Shown: positions 1 to 11,309, counted from the first letter of the stretch. The stretch is 32,836 nucleotides of DNA from Nitrospirota bacterium (GCA_963796285.1 CAWCKW010000005.1:1-32836); one strand, 5' to 3'. Numbers and translations: made by a program. Notes: a model not told the origin generated them from the sequence alone.

Positions 1-279
1 ACTCTCTCCGCGACAAATTACGTCGACCGTTCTGGCGGGGAGAAAATAGAGATGCATCCTCACACTGGCGCCGGGCAACAACGCTCCAATCGGGGGGGTG
101 AAGGTGACGGCAAAAAGCGGATGGTTCGCGGCGCGGCCGTCGGGGACCGAGGACATCTACAAAATATATGCGGAGAGCTTCCTGGGAACGGATCATCTGC
201 ACGCATCCTGGGGAAGCGCAGACAATCGTCAACGATGCTTTAGCGGCGCCTCATCGGTCAGGGCTTGCGGGCAAAATAA
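1..279 (+). CDS. pgm: Phosphoglucomutase, C-terminal part (5'-truncated, frameshifted; 3' end approximate)
   Basis: Pieces in different frames read [39 protein letters not shown] ... [11 protein letters not shown], the typical Pgm C-terminus with the RPSGTE motif. Confidence 0.85.
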
Positions 280-294
280 ATATGAGGGGAAATC

Positions 295-810
295 ATGAAC
301 GAGCAAAAAGGGACAGTCACAAATTTAGAATCCTTGATGGACATGCTTGCAAACAAGGACGGCGTAATTCGCCAGAAAGCAAGGGAAGAATTGGTGGCGC
401 TGGGCAAACCCGCCGTCTCTTTCCTCATCCAGGCATTGCAGAATTCCAGGCTGGATCAAGTTCGCTGGGAAGCAGCCAAGGCGCTCGGTAGTATCAGCGA
501 TACCAGATCAATACCGCCGTTGGTGAAAGCGCTCGAAGACAACAACTCCGACGTGGCATGGGTGGCTGCAGACTCATTGAAAACCTACAGAATGGCTGCC
601 TGGCCGCCATTATTACAGGCGTTGATCAATAGTAAGTCGGATGCCGTGGAATTGCGCAAGGGGGCGCACCATGTTTTGGTGGACCAGAGAGAGGATGGAT
701 TCAACGATCTGCTCTCAACGCTCTTAAAGGCTATAGAATCCAGCTGTGCTCCGGAATCGTCGACAGTAGCTGCCCACGAGATCCTTAAAAGAATGAATGC
801 AAAAGCATGA
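295..810 (+). CDS. HEAT-repeat (PBS lyase-like) protein
   Basis: Repeated [10 protein letters not shown] / [24 protein letters not shown] helical-repeat pattern; GAGGGG RBS upstream. Confidence 0.8.
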   Translation: MNEQKGTVTNLESLMDMLANKDGVIRQKAREELVALGKPAVSFLIQALQNSRLDQVRWEAAKALGSISDTRSIPPLVKALEDNNSDVAWVAADSLKTYRMAAWPPLLQALINSKSDAVELRKGAHHVLVDQREDGFNDLLSTLLKAIESSCAPESSTVAAHEILKRMNAKA

Positions 811-872
811 TCACTCATTCACGCACCAGCAGCAGCCGGGGATTCCATTCAGGACAACTATGAAGGAAGTCC

Positions 873-3419
873 ATGAGCAAACAAACACCTGTCAGCAAGC
901 CGATCTACAGTCTTTTACCCACGGACGTCGAGGGTTTCGATTCCCTGGCCGAGCTTGCCCTGGATCTGCGCTGGTCGTGGAATCACGCTGCTGACGAAAT
1001 ATGGCGACAGCTTGATCCCGCGCTGTGGGATCTCACGTATAACCCCTGGGCAGTTCTGCAGACGGTCTCCCGGGACCAGCTCCAGCGCGTGTCAGCCGAT
1101 CCCGCGTTCCGCAAAAGCGTCGATGACCTCGTGCAAGCCAGGCGTCAGGCGGCGAAAGCCCCTGCGTGGTTTCAGCAAGAGCATCCGAAGTCTCCCCTTA
1201 CCAGTGTCGCGTATTTCAGCATGGAATTCATGTTGAGTGAAGCTCTGCCCATCTACTCAGGCGGACTGGGCAATGTGGCCGGCGATCAGCTCAAGGCGGC
1301 CAGCGACCTGGGCGTTCCGGTCATCGGCGTGGGGCTGCTCTACCAGCAAGGATATTTTCGGCAGGTGATTGACAAGGACGGAGCGCAACAGGCACTCTTC
1401 CCCTACAACGATCCCGGCCAATTGCCCATAACACCGTTGCGCCAGGCGAACGGAGAGTGGTTGCGGCTGAAGCTCGACTTGCCCGGTTACCCGGTCTGGC
1501 TGCGCGCCTGGCAGGTCCAGGTCGGCCGGGTTCACCTTTACCTGCTCGACAGCAATGACCCTGCGAACCTCCCTGCTCACCGGGGCATTACCAGCGAGCT
1601 TTATGGCGGCGGGCCGGAGTTGCGGCTGAAACAGGAGATCATGCTTGGGATCGGCGGGTGGCGCTTGCTCAGCGCGCTCGGCATTCAGCCGGAAGTCTGT
1701 CACCTGAATGAAGGACATGCGGCCTTCGCCATTTTGGAACGCGCCAGGAGTTTCATGAAAGAGACAGCGCAGCCGTTCGAAGTCGCACTCGCCGTCACGC
1801 GAGCGGGCAATCTCTTCACCACCCACACTGCGGTGCCCGCTGGCTTTGACCGCTTTGCTCCCGACCTCATTGAGCAATACCTCGGTGGTTATGCCGAGCA
1901 GAAGCTCGGTATCACCCTCCACGATCTGCTCGGCCTCGGCCGCCAGAACCGCGAAGATTCGACGGAAAGCTTCAACATGGCCTATCTGGCGGTCCGCGGA
2001 AGCGGGGCAGTCAATGGCGTGAGCCGTTTGCATGGAAACGTGAGCCGTCGTCTCTTTGAGCCTCTTTTCCCGCGCTGGCCGCAAGACGAAGTGCCGATCG
2101 GACACGTGACCAACGGAGTCCACATGCCGAGCTGGGACTCTGCGCCTGCCGACGATCTTTGGACGAAGGCCTGTGGAAAAGACCGCTGGCTGGGGACAAC
2201 AGAAACCCTGGAACAGGACATTCGCCGCGTCTCCGACACCAGGCTCTGGAAATTTCGTACTGCTGCCGGCAAGTCTCTGGTTGAATACGCCCGCGAACGA
2301 TTGTCCCGGCAACTGGCCGCATCAGGCGCGCCGCCCGAGGCGGTTGACGTTGCGAAACATCTATTTGATCCCAACGCGTTGACGCTTGGTTTTGCGCGCC
2401 GCTTCGCAACCTACAAGAGACCGAACCTGCTGCTGCACGATCCAGAGCGGCTGCTTCGCCTGTTAACCGATCCAAAGCGCCCGGTGCAGCTTATCCTTGC
2501 CGGCAAGGCCCATCCATCGGACCAGGCAGGGCAGGCACTGATCCAGGAATGGACCCATTTTATCCGACGGCCCGAAGCGCGCCCCCATGTGATCTTCCTG
2601 AGTGACTACGACATGCTTCTGACCGAGCACCTGGTGCAGGGGGTGGACGTCTGGATCAACACGCCGAGGCGGCCCTGGGAGGCCTGCGGAACGAGCGGCA
2701 TGAAAGTGCTTGTCAATGGCGGCATCAATCTTTCGGAATTGGATGGGTGGTGGGCGGAAGCATACACGCCTGAAGTGGGGTGGGCGTTGGGGGACGTCCG
2801 GGAGCATGGCGACGACCCGGCCTGGGATGCTGCCGAAGCTGAGGCGCTTTACGACCTGCTCGAACGCCAGGTGATCCCGGAGTTCTATACTCGCGACAAG
2901 AAGGGCATTCCAACTGCCTGGGTGGCGCGAATGCGTGAAAGCATGGCGTCTCTAACCCCCCGCTTCTCCGCCAATCGCTCGGTGCGTGAATACACCGAGC
3001 AACACTACCTCCCGGCTGCTATAATCTATCGTAAACGAGCCGCACATAAAGGGGTAGTGGGCAGACAGGTGGTTGATTGGCGGCATAGGATGGAACAAGA
3101 ATGGGGAATACTCCACTTCGGCGATGTGAAGATCGAGAGCAACGGGAAACAGCACGTTTTTGAAGTTCAGATCTATCTCAATGACCTCGACCCGCAGATG
3201 GTGCGTGTAGAGCTTTATGCCGACGGTGTTAACGGAGGCAATCCGGTGCGGCAGGAGATGAAGCTTGCCCCGCAACCAGTGGCTGCGGACGGTGGTTACG
3301 TTTATCGTGGGCAAGTGCCTGCGGCCCGCCCTGCGAGGGACTATACTGCGAGGGTGATACCGAATTACGATAGTGTTGCGGTTCCTCTGGAAGCCGCTCA
3401 AATACTGTGGCAGCGGTAA
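873..3419 (+). CDS. glgP: Alpha-glucan (glycogen/maltodextrin) phosphorylase
   Basis: 848 aa; YFSMEF, YSGGLG, HLNEGH, FARRFATYKR, GKAHP and the PLP-lysine motif EACGTSGMK. Confidence 0.97.
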   Translation: MSKQTPVSKPIYSLLPTDVEGFDSLAELALDLRWSWNHAADEIWRQLDPALWDLTYNPWAVLQTVSRDQLQRVSADPAFRKSVDDLVQARRQAAKAPAWFQQEHPKSPLTSVAYFSMEFMLSEALPIYSGGLGNVAGDQLKAASDLGVPVIGVGLLYQQGYFRQVIDKDGAQQALFPYNDPGQLPITPLRQANGEWLRLKLDLPGYPVWLRAWQVQVGRVHLYLLDSNDPANLPAHRGITSELYGGGPELRLKQEIMLGIGGWRLLSALGIQPEVCHLNEGHAAFAILERARSFMKETAQPFEVALAVTRAGNLFTTHTAVPAGFDRFAPDLIEQYLGGYAEQKLGITLHDLLGLGRQNREDSTESFNMAYLAVRGSGAVNGVSRLHGNVSRRLFEPLFPRWPQDEVPIGHVTNGVHMPSWDSAPADDLWTKACGKDRWLGTTETLEQDIRRVSDTRLWKFRTAAGKSLVEYARERLSRQLAASGAPPEAVDVAKHLFDPNALTLGFARRFATYKRPNLLLHDPERLLRLLTDPKRPVQLILAGKAHPSDQAGQALIQEWTHFIRRPEARPHVIFLSDYDMLLTEHLVQGVDVWINTPRRPWEACGTSGMKVLVNGGINLSELDGWWAEAYTPEVGWALGDVREHGDDPAWDAAEAEALYDLLERQVIPEFYTRDKKGIPTAWVARMRESMASLTPRFSANRSVREYTEQHYLPAAIIYRKRAAHKGVVGRQVVDWRHRMEQEWGILHFGDVKIESNGKQHVFEVQIYLNDLDPQMVRVELYADGVNGGNPVRQEMKLAPQPVAADGGYVYRGQVPAARPARDYTARVIPNYDSVAVPLEAAQILWQR

Positions 3420-3539
3420 TTGAACGCGCGAAGCTCATAACATGAAATGGGCGGGTCGGCTCGTTTCCCGGAGCGTATCCCGCAAGCCCCATCCCGTGGT
3501 CGGGGAGACTTTACAAAACGTAAAACGTTGGAGGGGAAA

Positions 3540-5366
3540 ATGGCAGAAAAAACTCTCACAATAGCAAAACAAGCGGGCATGGGAGCTATTCCCAATGCGA
3601 AGGGTGTGACCTTTCGGGTATGGGCGCCCCATGCCGAAAAGGTTTATGTGATCGGCTCCTTCAATGACTGGAAAGAGACTGCTACACCTCTGGCCAGCGA
3701 GCAGAACGGCTATTGGGCGACTGAGGTGCCTAACGCAAAAACGGGAGATGAGTATAGATATATGATTCACGCCCCTGCTGATTGGAAGCTCCCTCCTCTC
3801 TCTCGTATCGACCCTTATGCCAGAAAGGTTACGAACGCAACGGGCAACGGAATAATCTATGAGCCTCAAGCCTTTGATTGGGGTAATACTGCCTTCCACA
3901 TGGCCACGGGGAATGAGCTTGTCATTTACGAAATGCATATCGGCACCTTTCATGTCAAAGAGAAGGGACACCCGGGGACGTTTGAAAGTGCCATTGAAAA
4001 AATTCCTTATCTGAAAGAACTGGGTATCAATGCCATCGAAGTGATGCCGATCGTGGAGTTTTCAGGCGATTTTTCGTGGGGGTACAATCCGGCCCATCCT
4101 TTTGCCGTGGAAAGCATTTACGGAGGACCGGACGCCTTCAAGAGATTTGTTAGAGCGGCCCACGAGCAGGGTATCGCTGTCATCGTGGATGTCGTTTACA
4201 ACCACTTTGGTCCGGGCGATCTCGATCTGTGGCAGTTTGACGGTTGGAGCGAAAATAATAAAGGAGGAATCTACTTTTACAATGATCACCGCTCGCAAAC
4301 ACCCTGGGGCGATACGCGTCCCGATTACGGCCGGGATGAAGTGCGCCAATATCTGCGCAATAACGCCCTGATGTGGCTCGAAGAGTACCGCGTCGACGGC
4401 CTGCGCTGGGACATGATAGCCTATATTAAAAGTATTGACGGTAATGAAGGAAATCCGGACACGGATATTCCCGAAGGCTGGAAATTGATGCAATGGATCA
4501 ATGTGGAGATCCAACAGCTGTTTCCCGGCAAGATCAGCATCGGCGAAAGTATGAAGAACAACCCCTGGATCACGAAAGATGTAGGCGCGGGCGGCGCAGG
4601 CTTCAATGCGCAATGGGATGCCGAATTTGTTCACCCCGTTCGCCAGGCCGTGATCGTCCGTGATGATGCAGCACGTGACATGGGTGAGGTCGGCAAGGCC
4701 ATCGAGCACCGCTACGATTCAGACGCCTTCAATCGGATCATTTATACCGAGTCGCACGACGAGATTGCGAATGGCCGGGCACGGGTGCCGGAGGAGATCT
4801 GGCCGGGAAAAGTGGACAGCTGGTTTTCCAAGAAGCGGTCCACGCTGGGAGCTGCCCTTGTTCTTACTGCGCCCGGCATCCCGATGCTTTTTCAGGGACA
4901 GGAGCTGCTGGAAGATCGCTGGTTCCAGGATAAGGACCCGATCGACTGGTCCCGGGTTAAGGACGAACACGGCATTCACAAAATGTACCGGGACCTGGTC
5001 GGCCTGCGGCGCAACCGGTCAGGCGTGACGCGGGGGTTGTGCGGGCAAAACATCCAGCTCTATCACGTCGACAATGACGCCAAGGTCATCGCCTTCCATC
5101 GTTCGGACAAAGAAGGACCAAAAGACAGCGTCGTGGTGGTGGTTAATATGACGAATCAAAATCGCGATGGTTATGTCATTGGTTTTCCGCGCGCCGGATT
5201 GTGGAAAACGCGCTTTAACAGCGACTCCTATAACTACGGCCCAAATTTTGCCAATCATCCCACGACTGACGTCGAAACCCGTGCGGATGGTTCTGATGGG
5301 CTTCCCTGCTCCGGCGAAATCGGCATCGGGCCATACACGGTGGTAATTTTTTCACAGGATGAATAG
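3540..5366 (+). CDS. GH13 alpha-amylase-family glycosidase with N-terminal CBM48 (GlgB/TreZ-like)
   Basis: FRVWAPHA, IYEMHIGTF, WGYNP, DVVYNHFGP, DGLRWD, YTESHDE motifs; start placed at ATG 3540 after GGAGGGG RBS. Confidence 0.9.
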   Translation: MAEKTLTIAKQAGMGAIPNAKGVTFRVWAPHAEKVYVIGSFNDWKETATPLASEQNGYWATEVPNAKTGDEYRYMIHAPADWKLPPLSRIDPYARKVTNATGNGIIYEPQAFDWGNTAFHMATGNELVIYEMHIGTFHVKEKGHPGTFESAIEKIPYLKELGINAIEVMPIVEFSGDFSWGYNPAHPFAVESIYGGPDAFKRFVRAAHEQGIAVIVDVVYNHFGPGDLDLWQFDGWSENNKGGIYFYNDHRSQTPWGDTRPDYGRDEVRQYLRNNALMWLEEYRVDGLRWDMIAYIKSIDGNEGNPDTDIPEGWKLMQWINVEIQQLFPGKISIGESMKNNPWITKDVGAGGAGFNAQWDAEFVHPVRQAVIVRDDAARDMGEVGKAIEHRYDSDAFNRIIYTESHDEIANGRARVPEEIWPGKVDSWFSKKRSTLGAALVLTAPGIPMLFQGQELLEDRWFQDKDPIDWSRVKDEHGIHKMYRDLVGLRRNRSGVTRGLCGQNIQLYHVDNDAKVIAFHRSDKEGPKDSVVVVVNMTNQNRDGYVIGFPRAGLWKTRFNSDSYNYGPNFANHPTTDVETRADGSDGLPCSGEIGIGPYTVVIFSQDE

Positions 5367-5434
5367 AGTCCGGCTCCGTGTGTTGTATGAATGATATCGG
5401 CAGGTAACAGAAAATTTACGTCGCTGAAAGGTTC

Positions 5435-7715
5435 ATGGTTATGTATGAACAACAAGCGAGTGCAGAAGAGCGGCTTTCTTCGTGGTGGAAGAATTCGGTT
5501 ATTCTGGTCTTGGTCGCATGTTTTACCGTATTGATCTGGCTCGCTGCTCAAGGATATAGAGACGCACCGCCTGTTCCTGAAAAAGTCCTGGGTCCATCGG
5601 GAGAATTGGTTTTCACCGGGGAGGACATCACGGCCGGGCAGCAGGTCTTCCTCAAGTACGGATTGATGGAGAACGGGACGATCTGGGGACACGGGGCCTA
5701 CCTCGGGCCTGATTTTTCCGCTGACTACCTGCACACGCTTGCAGTAGCCGCAGGAGACCTGATTAGGCGTCGACAATCCGACAGTGTATTTCTACAAGGT
5801 ACGGGGGTAAACCCACAGGCAATCAATGCAGAAGTGCAGCAGTTGCTGAAACAAAACCGGTACGATTCTCAAACGGGAAGTCTGCATTTTACTGACGTTG
5901 AAGCCGCCTCCTATCACGACCAAATTGTGAAATGGACGGCATACTTCTCACACCCCGTTTCAAGCGCTGGCCTCCCTGCAAAATACATAACCGATCCGAA
6001 TGAGCTTCGGCAGCTAACCGCCTTTTTTTCCTGGACCGCATGGGCCTCAGCTGCAAAACGTCCCGGTAAAGAATACTCTTATACGAATAATTTCCCCTAT
6101 GAACCGGCAGTGGGCAATACGCCGGACAGCGACGCCGTCCTCTGGAGCGCGCTCAGCCTTATTGCACTGCTGGGAGCCACAGCCGCAGTTCTCTTCGCCT
6201 TCGGCAAGTTCGATTATCTCGGCTGGAAAGGCAGGGGCGGGCACATTCATCCTCAGATGATCCCCGGCGGAATTACGACTGATGGGCAACGAGCAACCAT
6301 TAAGTATTTCGGTGTTGTTATGTTTCTTTTTCTCATCCAAACGATTGTCGGAAGCGCGACCGCTCATTACCGCGTAGACCCCTCCGGATTTTTCGGAATC
6401 GACCTGTCTGTCCTCTTTCCGAGCAACATCCTCCGCACCTGGCATCTGCAGGCAGCGATCTTCTGGATAGCAACGGCATTTATCGCGGGAGGCCTTTTTC
6501 TTGCTCCTGCGCTCAGCGGGAAAGAACCTAAAGGCCAGGCGATGGGAATCAATATCCTGTTCGGCGCGCTTGTCGTCGTCATTGCAGGCAGTATGCTTGG
6601 TGAAATTCTCGGCATCAACCAGCTTCTCGGCACGCTTTGGTTCTGGTTCGGGCATCAGGGTTGGGAATATCTCGATCTCGGCCGTGCATGGCAAGTTTTG
6701 CTGGCCGTTGGTCTTTTCTTCTGGTTTATTCTGCTCTATCGCGGGATTTCGCCGGCGCTCAAAAACCCCGAGCGGAAAGAGGTTGCTTCGCTCTTCCTTT
6801 ACGCGGCCTTCGCAATTCCCTTGTTCTACCTGCCGGCAATGTTTTTCACCAGCACGACCCATTTCTCCGTAGTGGATACCTGGAGGTTCTGGATCATACA
6901 CTTATGGGTCGAAGGGTTCTTCGAAGTGTTCGTGACCGCCATGGTGGCCATCATATTTTACCTTCTGGGCATGGTGTCGCACCAGACAGCTGCGCGCGTG
7001 GTTTATCTCGACGCAATCCTTTACCTCGGGAGCGGCATCATCGGCACGGGCCATCACTGGTACTGGACAGGACAGTCAAATGTCACCATGGCGCTGGCAG
7101 CGGTCTTTTCTGCGATGGAGGTCGTACCGCTCACGCTTGCTCACGCTTGATGCCGGAGACTTTATTAAATTAACGCGTTCGAAATGTGACATCTGCGGCA
7201 AGGAGATTTCAATCCCGCACAAATGGACCTTCTACTTTCTGGTCGCCGTCGGTGTGTGGAACTTCGTGGGCGCCGGGATTTTCGGGTTTCTCATCAACCT
7301 TCCGATCGTGAGTTATTTTGAGGTCGGGACGATTCTCACGCCGAATCACGGCCATACGGCGCTGATGGGTGTATTCGGGATGCTCGCCATGGCCATTCTG
7401 GTCTTTGCCCTCAGGCAGGTGTCAACGGATGCTGAATGGGACAGGCTGGAAAGGTACATCCGCGTCTCCTTCTGGGGACTGAATATAGGTTTGGTGCTTA
7501 TGGTAGTTACGAATCTCTTCCCCGGAGGAGTGCTCCAGTTTGCGGACGTCTTAAATAACGGCTACTGGCATGCGAGGAGCCCGGAGTTCCTGCATACGAG
7601 ACTCATGCAGCGCATTGAGTGGCTTCGATTGCCTGCTGATATGATATTTATTATCTTTGGCGTTATGCCTCTTGCCATGGCAATGGGCATGAAATATATG
7701 CCGCGAAGAAAATAA
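5435..7715 (+). CDS. norB: Quinol-dependent nitric oxide reductase (qNor), one frameshift near 7140
   Basis: WGHGAYLGPDFSADYLH, YTNNFP, RTWHLQ, HLWVEGFFE, GTGHHWYW, FSAMEVVPL, then NHGHTALMGVFG in the next frame (ORFs 5435-7150 and 7080-7715). Confidence 0.93.
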
Positions 7716-7816
7716 TCTGCGGCTTGACGATGACGAAGTTTTCTACCAATGAAAGTTGTTTCCGGTGCAAAACGCATCTGCTCCATCATACTGATAATAA
7801 AAGGAGGCAACACACA

Positions 7817-8251
7817 ATGAATATGTCTGCGGAAAGGTCAGAAGAATTTTTAAGTATCATCAAGGAATGGATAGCCTTAGAAGACAAGACAATAGTAAGC
7901 GCCGACGAGTTGATAATCAAAGCGAACAATCCCTTTGTGAAGATGAGAATGGAGATGGTCAAGCATGATTCGGGAAAACACAAAGAGATGCTCCAGTGGA
8001 TAATCGATAACTTGACAAAGGAGGCAGTGCATCTTACCCCCGATGAAATAATGCCTCTGTCCGCATTGCTGCATAAGCACTTGGAAGTGGAAGCAAAGTC
8101 TATCGTTCTTGCTAATAATGCGCTCAAAAAAAGTCAGCTCCCTATAGTACGATATATCCTGTCGGCTCTGCTCGATGACGAAACAAAGCATCATGAGCAA
8201 ATTATCAAGTTAAACGATGAAATCAAGAAGGCGATAGTGTCTGTAACGTAA
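7817..8251 (+). CDS. Ferritin-like (rubrerythrin-type four-helix) protein
   Basis: Two E...(D/E)xxxH-type half sites (LEDKTI...HDSGKH; VEAKSI...DETKHH); AAGGAGG RBS at 7801. Confidence 0.7.
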   Translation: MNMSAERSEEFLSIIKEWIALEDKTIVSADELIIKANNPFVKMRMEMVKHDSGKHKEMLQWIIDNLTKEAVHLTPDEIMPLSALLHKHLEVEAKSIVLANNALKKSQLPIVRYILSALLDDETKHHEQIIKLNDEIKKAIVSVT

Positions 8252-8365
8252 CGCGTAATGAAATCGAATCAGTGTCAGTCCTATCTCGGCGTGCAGGTCG
8301 GACAGTTCCTGATAACCTTGAAATTAGAGAAAAGGATTAATTTAGATCAAGGAAGGGAGTGAACG

Positions 8366-8554
8366 ATGCGCAACCCGGTAATAGATTGGGATACCTGTAT
8401 AGGCTGCGGTTCATGCGTTGCTCTTTGTCCGGCGGTATTCGAACTCAAAGATGACGAAAAAGCCTGGGTTTACGGCCCGGACAAGTGCGATACCTGTAAT
8501 TGCCAGGAGGCAATAGACGTTTGTCCAACTCAGGCGATAAGCTGGAGCGAATAA
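8366..8554 (+). CDS. Small ferredoxin
   Basis: 62 aa; CIGCGSCVALCP and C-terminal DVCPTQAI; GGAAGGGAG RBS. Confidence 0.9.
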   Translation: MRNPVIDWDTCIGCGSCVALCPAVFELKDDEKAWVYGPDKCDTCNCQEAIDVCPTQAISWSE

Positions 8555-8598
8555 AAAGCCAGACGGAATACGTTATCTAAAATAAAGGAGGATGTGTT

Positions 8599-9066
8599 AT
8601 GGCGATCAAAACACCCGCATCATTAACACATGAGCATGATGAACTCCACTCAGAACTTGTTGCCGCGACCAAGGCGGGCGGCAAGACCGGCGCAGCAGCG
8701 GAGGCGGTCGCGCGGGCGCTTCATCCCCATTTTGTAAAGGAAGAGGAGTACGCCCTGCCTCCGCTAGGGCTGCTGGCGCTGTTGGCAGATGGCAAACTGC
8801 CGACTGACCGCGATGCCGTAATAGCCATGACGGAAAGGCTGGGGAAAGACCTTGGCCATATGCTGCATGAGCACAAGGCCATTGTCATAGAACTCCAAAA
8901 ACTCATGGAAGCGGCAAAGAGCGAGAACAAACCGGAATACATTCACTTTGCCGAGAAACTGAAACTGCATGCCCAGACAGAAGAGGAAGTTCTGTATCCT
9001 GCCGCTATCCTGATCGGGGAGTATCTTAAACTAAAAGCAGGAAGAAAGGTAGGTCCACTGACATGA
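8599..9066 (+). CDS. Hemerythrin-like (HHE) domain protein
   Basis: HEH...HFVKEEE...HEH...HAQTEEEVLYP repeated H/HxxxE pattern; AAGGAGG RBS. Confidence 0.8.
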   Translation: MAIKTPASLTHEHDELHSELVAATKAGGKTGAAAEAVARALHPHFVKEEEYALPPLGLLALLADGKLPTDRDAVIAMTERLGKDLGHMLHEHKAIVIELQKLMEAAKSENKPEYIHFAEKLKLHAQTEEEVLYPAAILIGEYLKLKAGRKVGPLT

Positions 9067-9278
9067 AAAAGAGGCTGTTTAAGGTAGAGGATCGATTTTG
9101 CGACGAATGCGCACTGGCGCTGCGAAGGTTTATCGGCCATCTCGAGGGAGTTGATTCGATTGACGTTGAAAACAGGATGATCGCGGTATCTTTCAATCCG
9201 GCAAAGATGCCTGAGGAAAGACTTGATAAAATTACGAAAGACAGCCTGGAGAAGCTTGGTTACAAGCTGATCGAATGA
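9063..9278 (+). CDS. Heavy-metal-associated (HMA/CopZ-like) domain protein
   Basis: 71 aa; FCDEC CxxC, GV..I.V and C-terminal LEKLGYKL; ATGA overlap with the upstream gene. Confidence 0.75.
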   Translation: MKKRLFKVEDRFCDECALALRRFIGHLEGVDSIDVENRMIAVSFNPAKMPEERLDKITKDSLEKLGYKLIE

Positions 9279-9423
9279 CACTTAGATGGGCCCTCTTAAT
9301 CCTGTACAGCGACGATTTTAAAAAGACCATTGATGGCTGTCACCTGACGCACAACGCACCGGAATTCAGGAATCCCGACGGGAGCGCGGATACGAAGAAT
9401 GAAATGAGTTGAAAGGGGGATTT

Positions 9424-10290
9424 ATGACCACCTATAACACCGTCAAAATTGACAATGTGGACATCTTCTATCGCGATGCAGGGCCTTCCGATGCCCCGGC
9501 AATCGTTCTCTTGCACGGTTTCCCCTCTTCGTCACACATGTACAGGAATTTAATTAATAAACTGGAAGACGATTTTCATCTCATCGCGCCCGACTATCCG
9601 GGCTTCGGTAACAGCTCATGCCCGCAAGCGAACGAGTTTACCTACACCTTTGATCACTTATCGGAAGTAATCGAGAAGTTTTTGCAGGCACTGGGTCTCC
9701 GGAAATTCTCCCTCTACGCGCAGGATTACGGAGGGCCAATCGGTTTCAGGATTGCGGAAAGGCATCCGGAATGGATCCAGTCGCTTATCATCCAGAACTC
9801 AAATGCCTACGAAGAGGGGTTGACGCCTCTCCTTGAACAGAGGAGGCCGCTCTGGGAAAAGAGTACGAGAGATAACGAACGGATCGTGCTTAAAACCTTC
9901 AAGCTGGAACGTACGCAGTGGAAACACACCAACGGAGCACGTGACAGGAGCAGGATCAGCCCCGATGCCTGGAATATGGACCAGTATTTTCTGGAAAGGC
10001 CCGGCAACAAACTTATCCAGCTCGCACTGCAAGCGGACTTCGGCTCCAACGTGAAACGCTATCCTGAGTGGCAAAACTATTTCAGAAAGCACCAGCCGCC
10101 GGCGCTTGTCGTATGGGGCAAGAATGACGAGATCTTAGCTCCTCAAGGCGCCGAAGCGTATAAGCGTGACCTCAAGAACATCGAACTGCATATGCTCGAT
10201 ACCGGGCATTTCGCCCTTGAAGAGTACTGCGACGTCATCGCGGGATACATGAGGAGATTTCTTAAAAGCCCCAAACTAAAAAAAGTATAA
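9424..10290 (+). CDS. Alpha/beta hydrolase (epoxide hydrolase/dehalogenase-like)
   Basis: LLHGFPSS, APDYPGFGNS, Asp nucleophile in YAQDYGGP, WGKND, TGHFALE. Confidence 0.9.
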   Translation: MTTYNTVKIDNVDIFYRDAGPSDAPAIVLLHGFPSSSHMYRNLINKLEDDFHLIAPDYPGFGNSSCPQANEFTYTFDHLSEVIEKFLQALGLRKFSLYAQDYGGPIGFRIAERHPEWIQSLIIQNSNAYEEGLTPLLEQRRPLWEKSTRDNERIVLKTFKLERTQWKHTNGARDRSRISPDAWNMDQYFLERPGNKLIQLALQADFGSNVKRYPEWQNYFRKHQPPALVVWGKNDEILAPQGAEAYKRDLKNIELHMLDTGHFALEEYCDVIAGYMRRFLKSPKLKKV

Positions 10291-10338
10291 AGTAAAGGCG
10301 TTGTTTTAACGGGAGGACAGAGGGTTTCGCTTCCTAGC

Positions 10339-11309
10339 ATGAGCCGGATTAGTTTCCACATACGACCACGGCCGCCCTTCCGGCTGGATCTCACGGTTTG
10401 GACGTTGCGCCGCCGTCCCGATAACGCGATGGATCGCTGGGATGGTCACACTTACCGTCGAGTCTTACTGATGCCAACCGGTCCCGCAGAGGTCGCGGTC
10501 ACCCAGGTTGAACCTCCTGAAACGCCGCGGCTCCGGGCCGTTGTAGAGGATCGACAGGTCAGCACCCTCGTGAAAGGCGGGGTGGCATCAGCTCTGGAGC
10601 GGCTGCTCGGTCTAAGCATCGATCTCGGAGAGTTCTACCGGTTTGCCGAAGGGCAGGATCAGCTGGGACAACTGGTACGTCGCTTTCGGGGCATGAAACC
10701 ACCTCGCTTCGCTACTGTTTTCGAGAGCGTCATCAATGGGATCGCCAGCCAGCAGGTATCGCGGACCGTTGCGATTCTTGTCCTCAACCGATTGACTGCA
10801 CGATATGGTGCGGCGGTTCGCGACGAAAACAACGCCGGTCGCGCTTTCGCTCGTCCGGAAGACCTGGCCGGGCTGCAGCCGGACGACCTGAGGCAAATCG
10901 GGTTGAGCCGTCAAAAGGGGCGATCGAACTTCGAGTTGGCCAAGACGTTCGCCGAGATGGAAGATTGGATCTTGAAGGGCTTGCCGAATCACCTGAAGAG
11001 ACGCTCTCGAGCGCACCTGGTTACGGGGGGAAGGGCGCTGGACTGCAGAATATTCTTGCTGCGCGGTCTGGGGCATACCCACGTCTTCCCGGGCGACGAC
11101 TAGGTGCGCGCAATAAGTTTCGGCGTTGGCTGCGCGTAACGAAACCCATGGATTACATGTCAGTTCACCGCATGCTGAAGCGTTGGCACCCCTATGGAGG
11201 TCTGATTTACTTTCACCTGCTGTTGGACCGGCTCGCGGACGCAGGGTTTTTACGGGAAGAGACGCTGCAGTCGCAGATCGGCCAGAGCGGCCGCACAGAT
11301 GATAGATGA
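10339..11309 (+). CDS. alkA: DNA-3-methyladenine glycosylase II (AlkA family), frameshifted
   Basis: PPFRLDLT, FESVINGIASQQVS, LRQIGLSRQKG, FPGDDLG and RWHPYGGLIYFHL spread over ORFs 10339-11103 and 10965-11309. Confidence 0.8.

Noticed and set aside
1257-2312. Long antisense and alternative-frame ORFs over glgP (similarly over qNor, zwf, ackA, xfp and the activase, e.g. 18861-19934, 19805-20851, 32026-32769)
   Set aside because: Shadow ORFs expected from GC-rich codon bias; no motifs, and each overlaps a well-supported gene.
7130-7150. TGA at 7148-7150 as a Sec codon or programmed frameshift in qNor
   Set aside because: The protein continues in a different frame; removing one base restores PLTLLTLDA. 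No SECIS-like hairpin or slippery heptamer noted.
5435-7715. Possible NO dismutase (Nod) rather than qNor
   Set aside because: Canonical qNor residues are all present (HLWVEGFFE, GTGHH, SAMEVVPL, HGH, RTWHLQ); no Nod-type substitutions seen.
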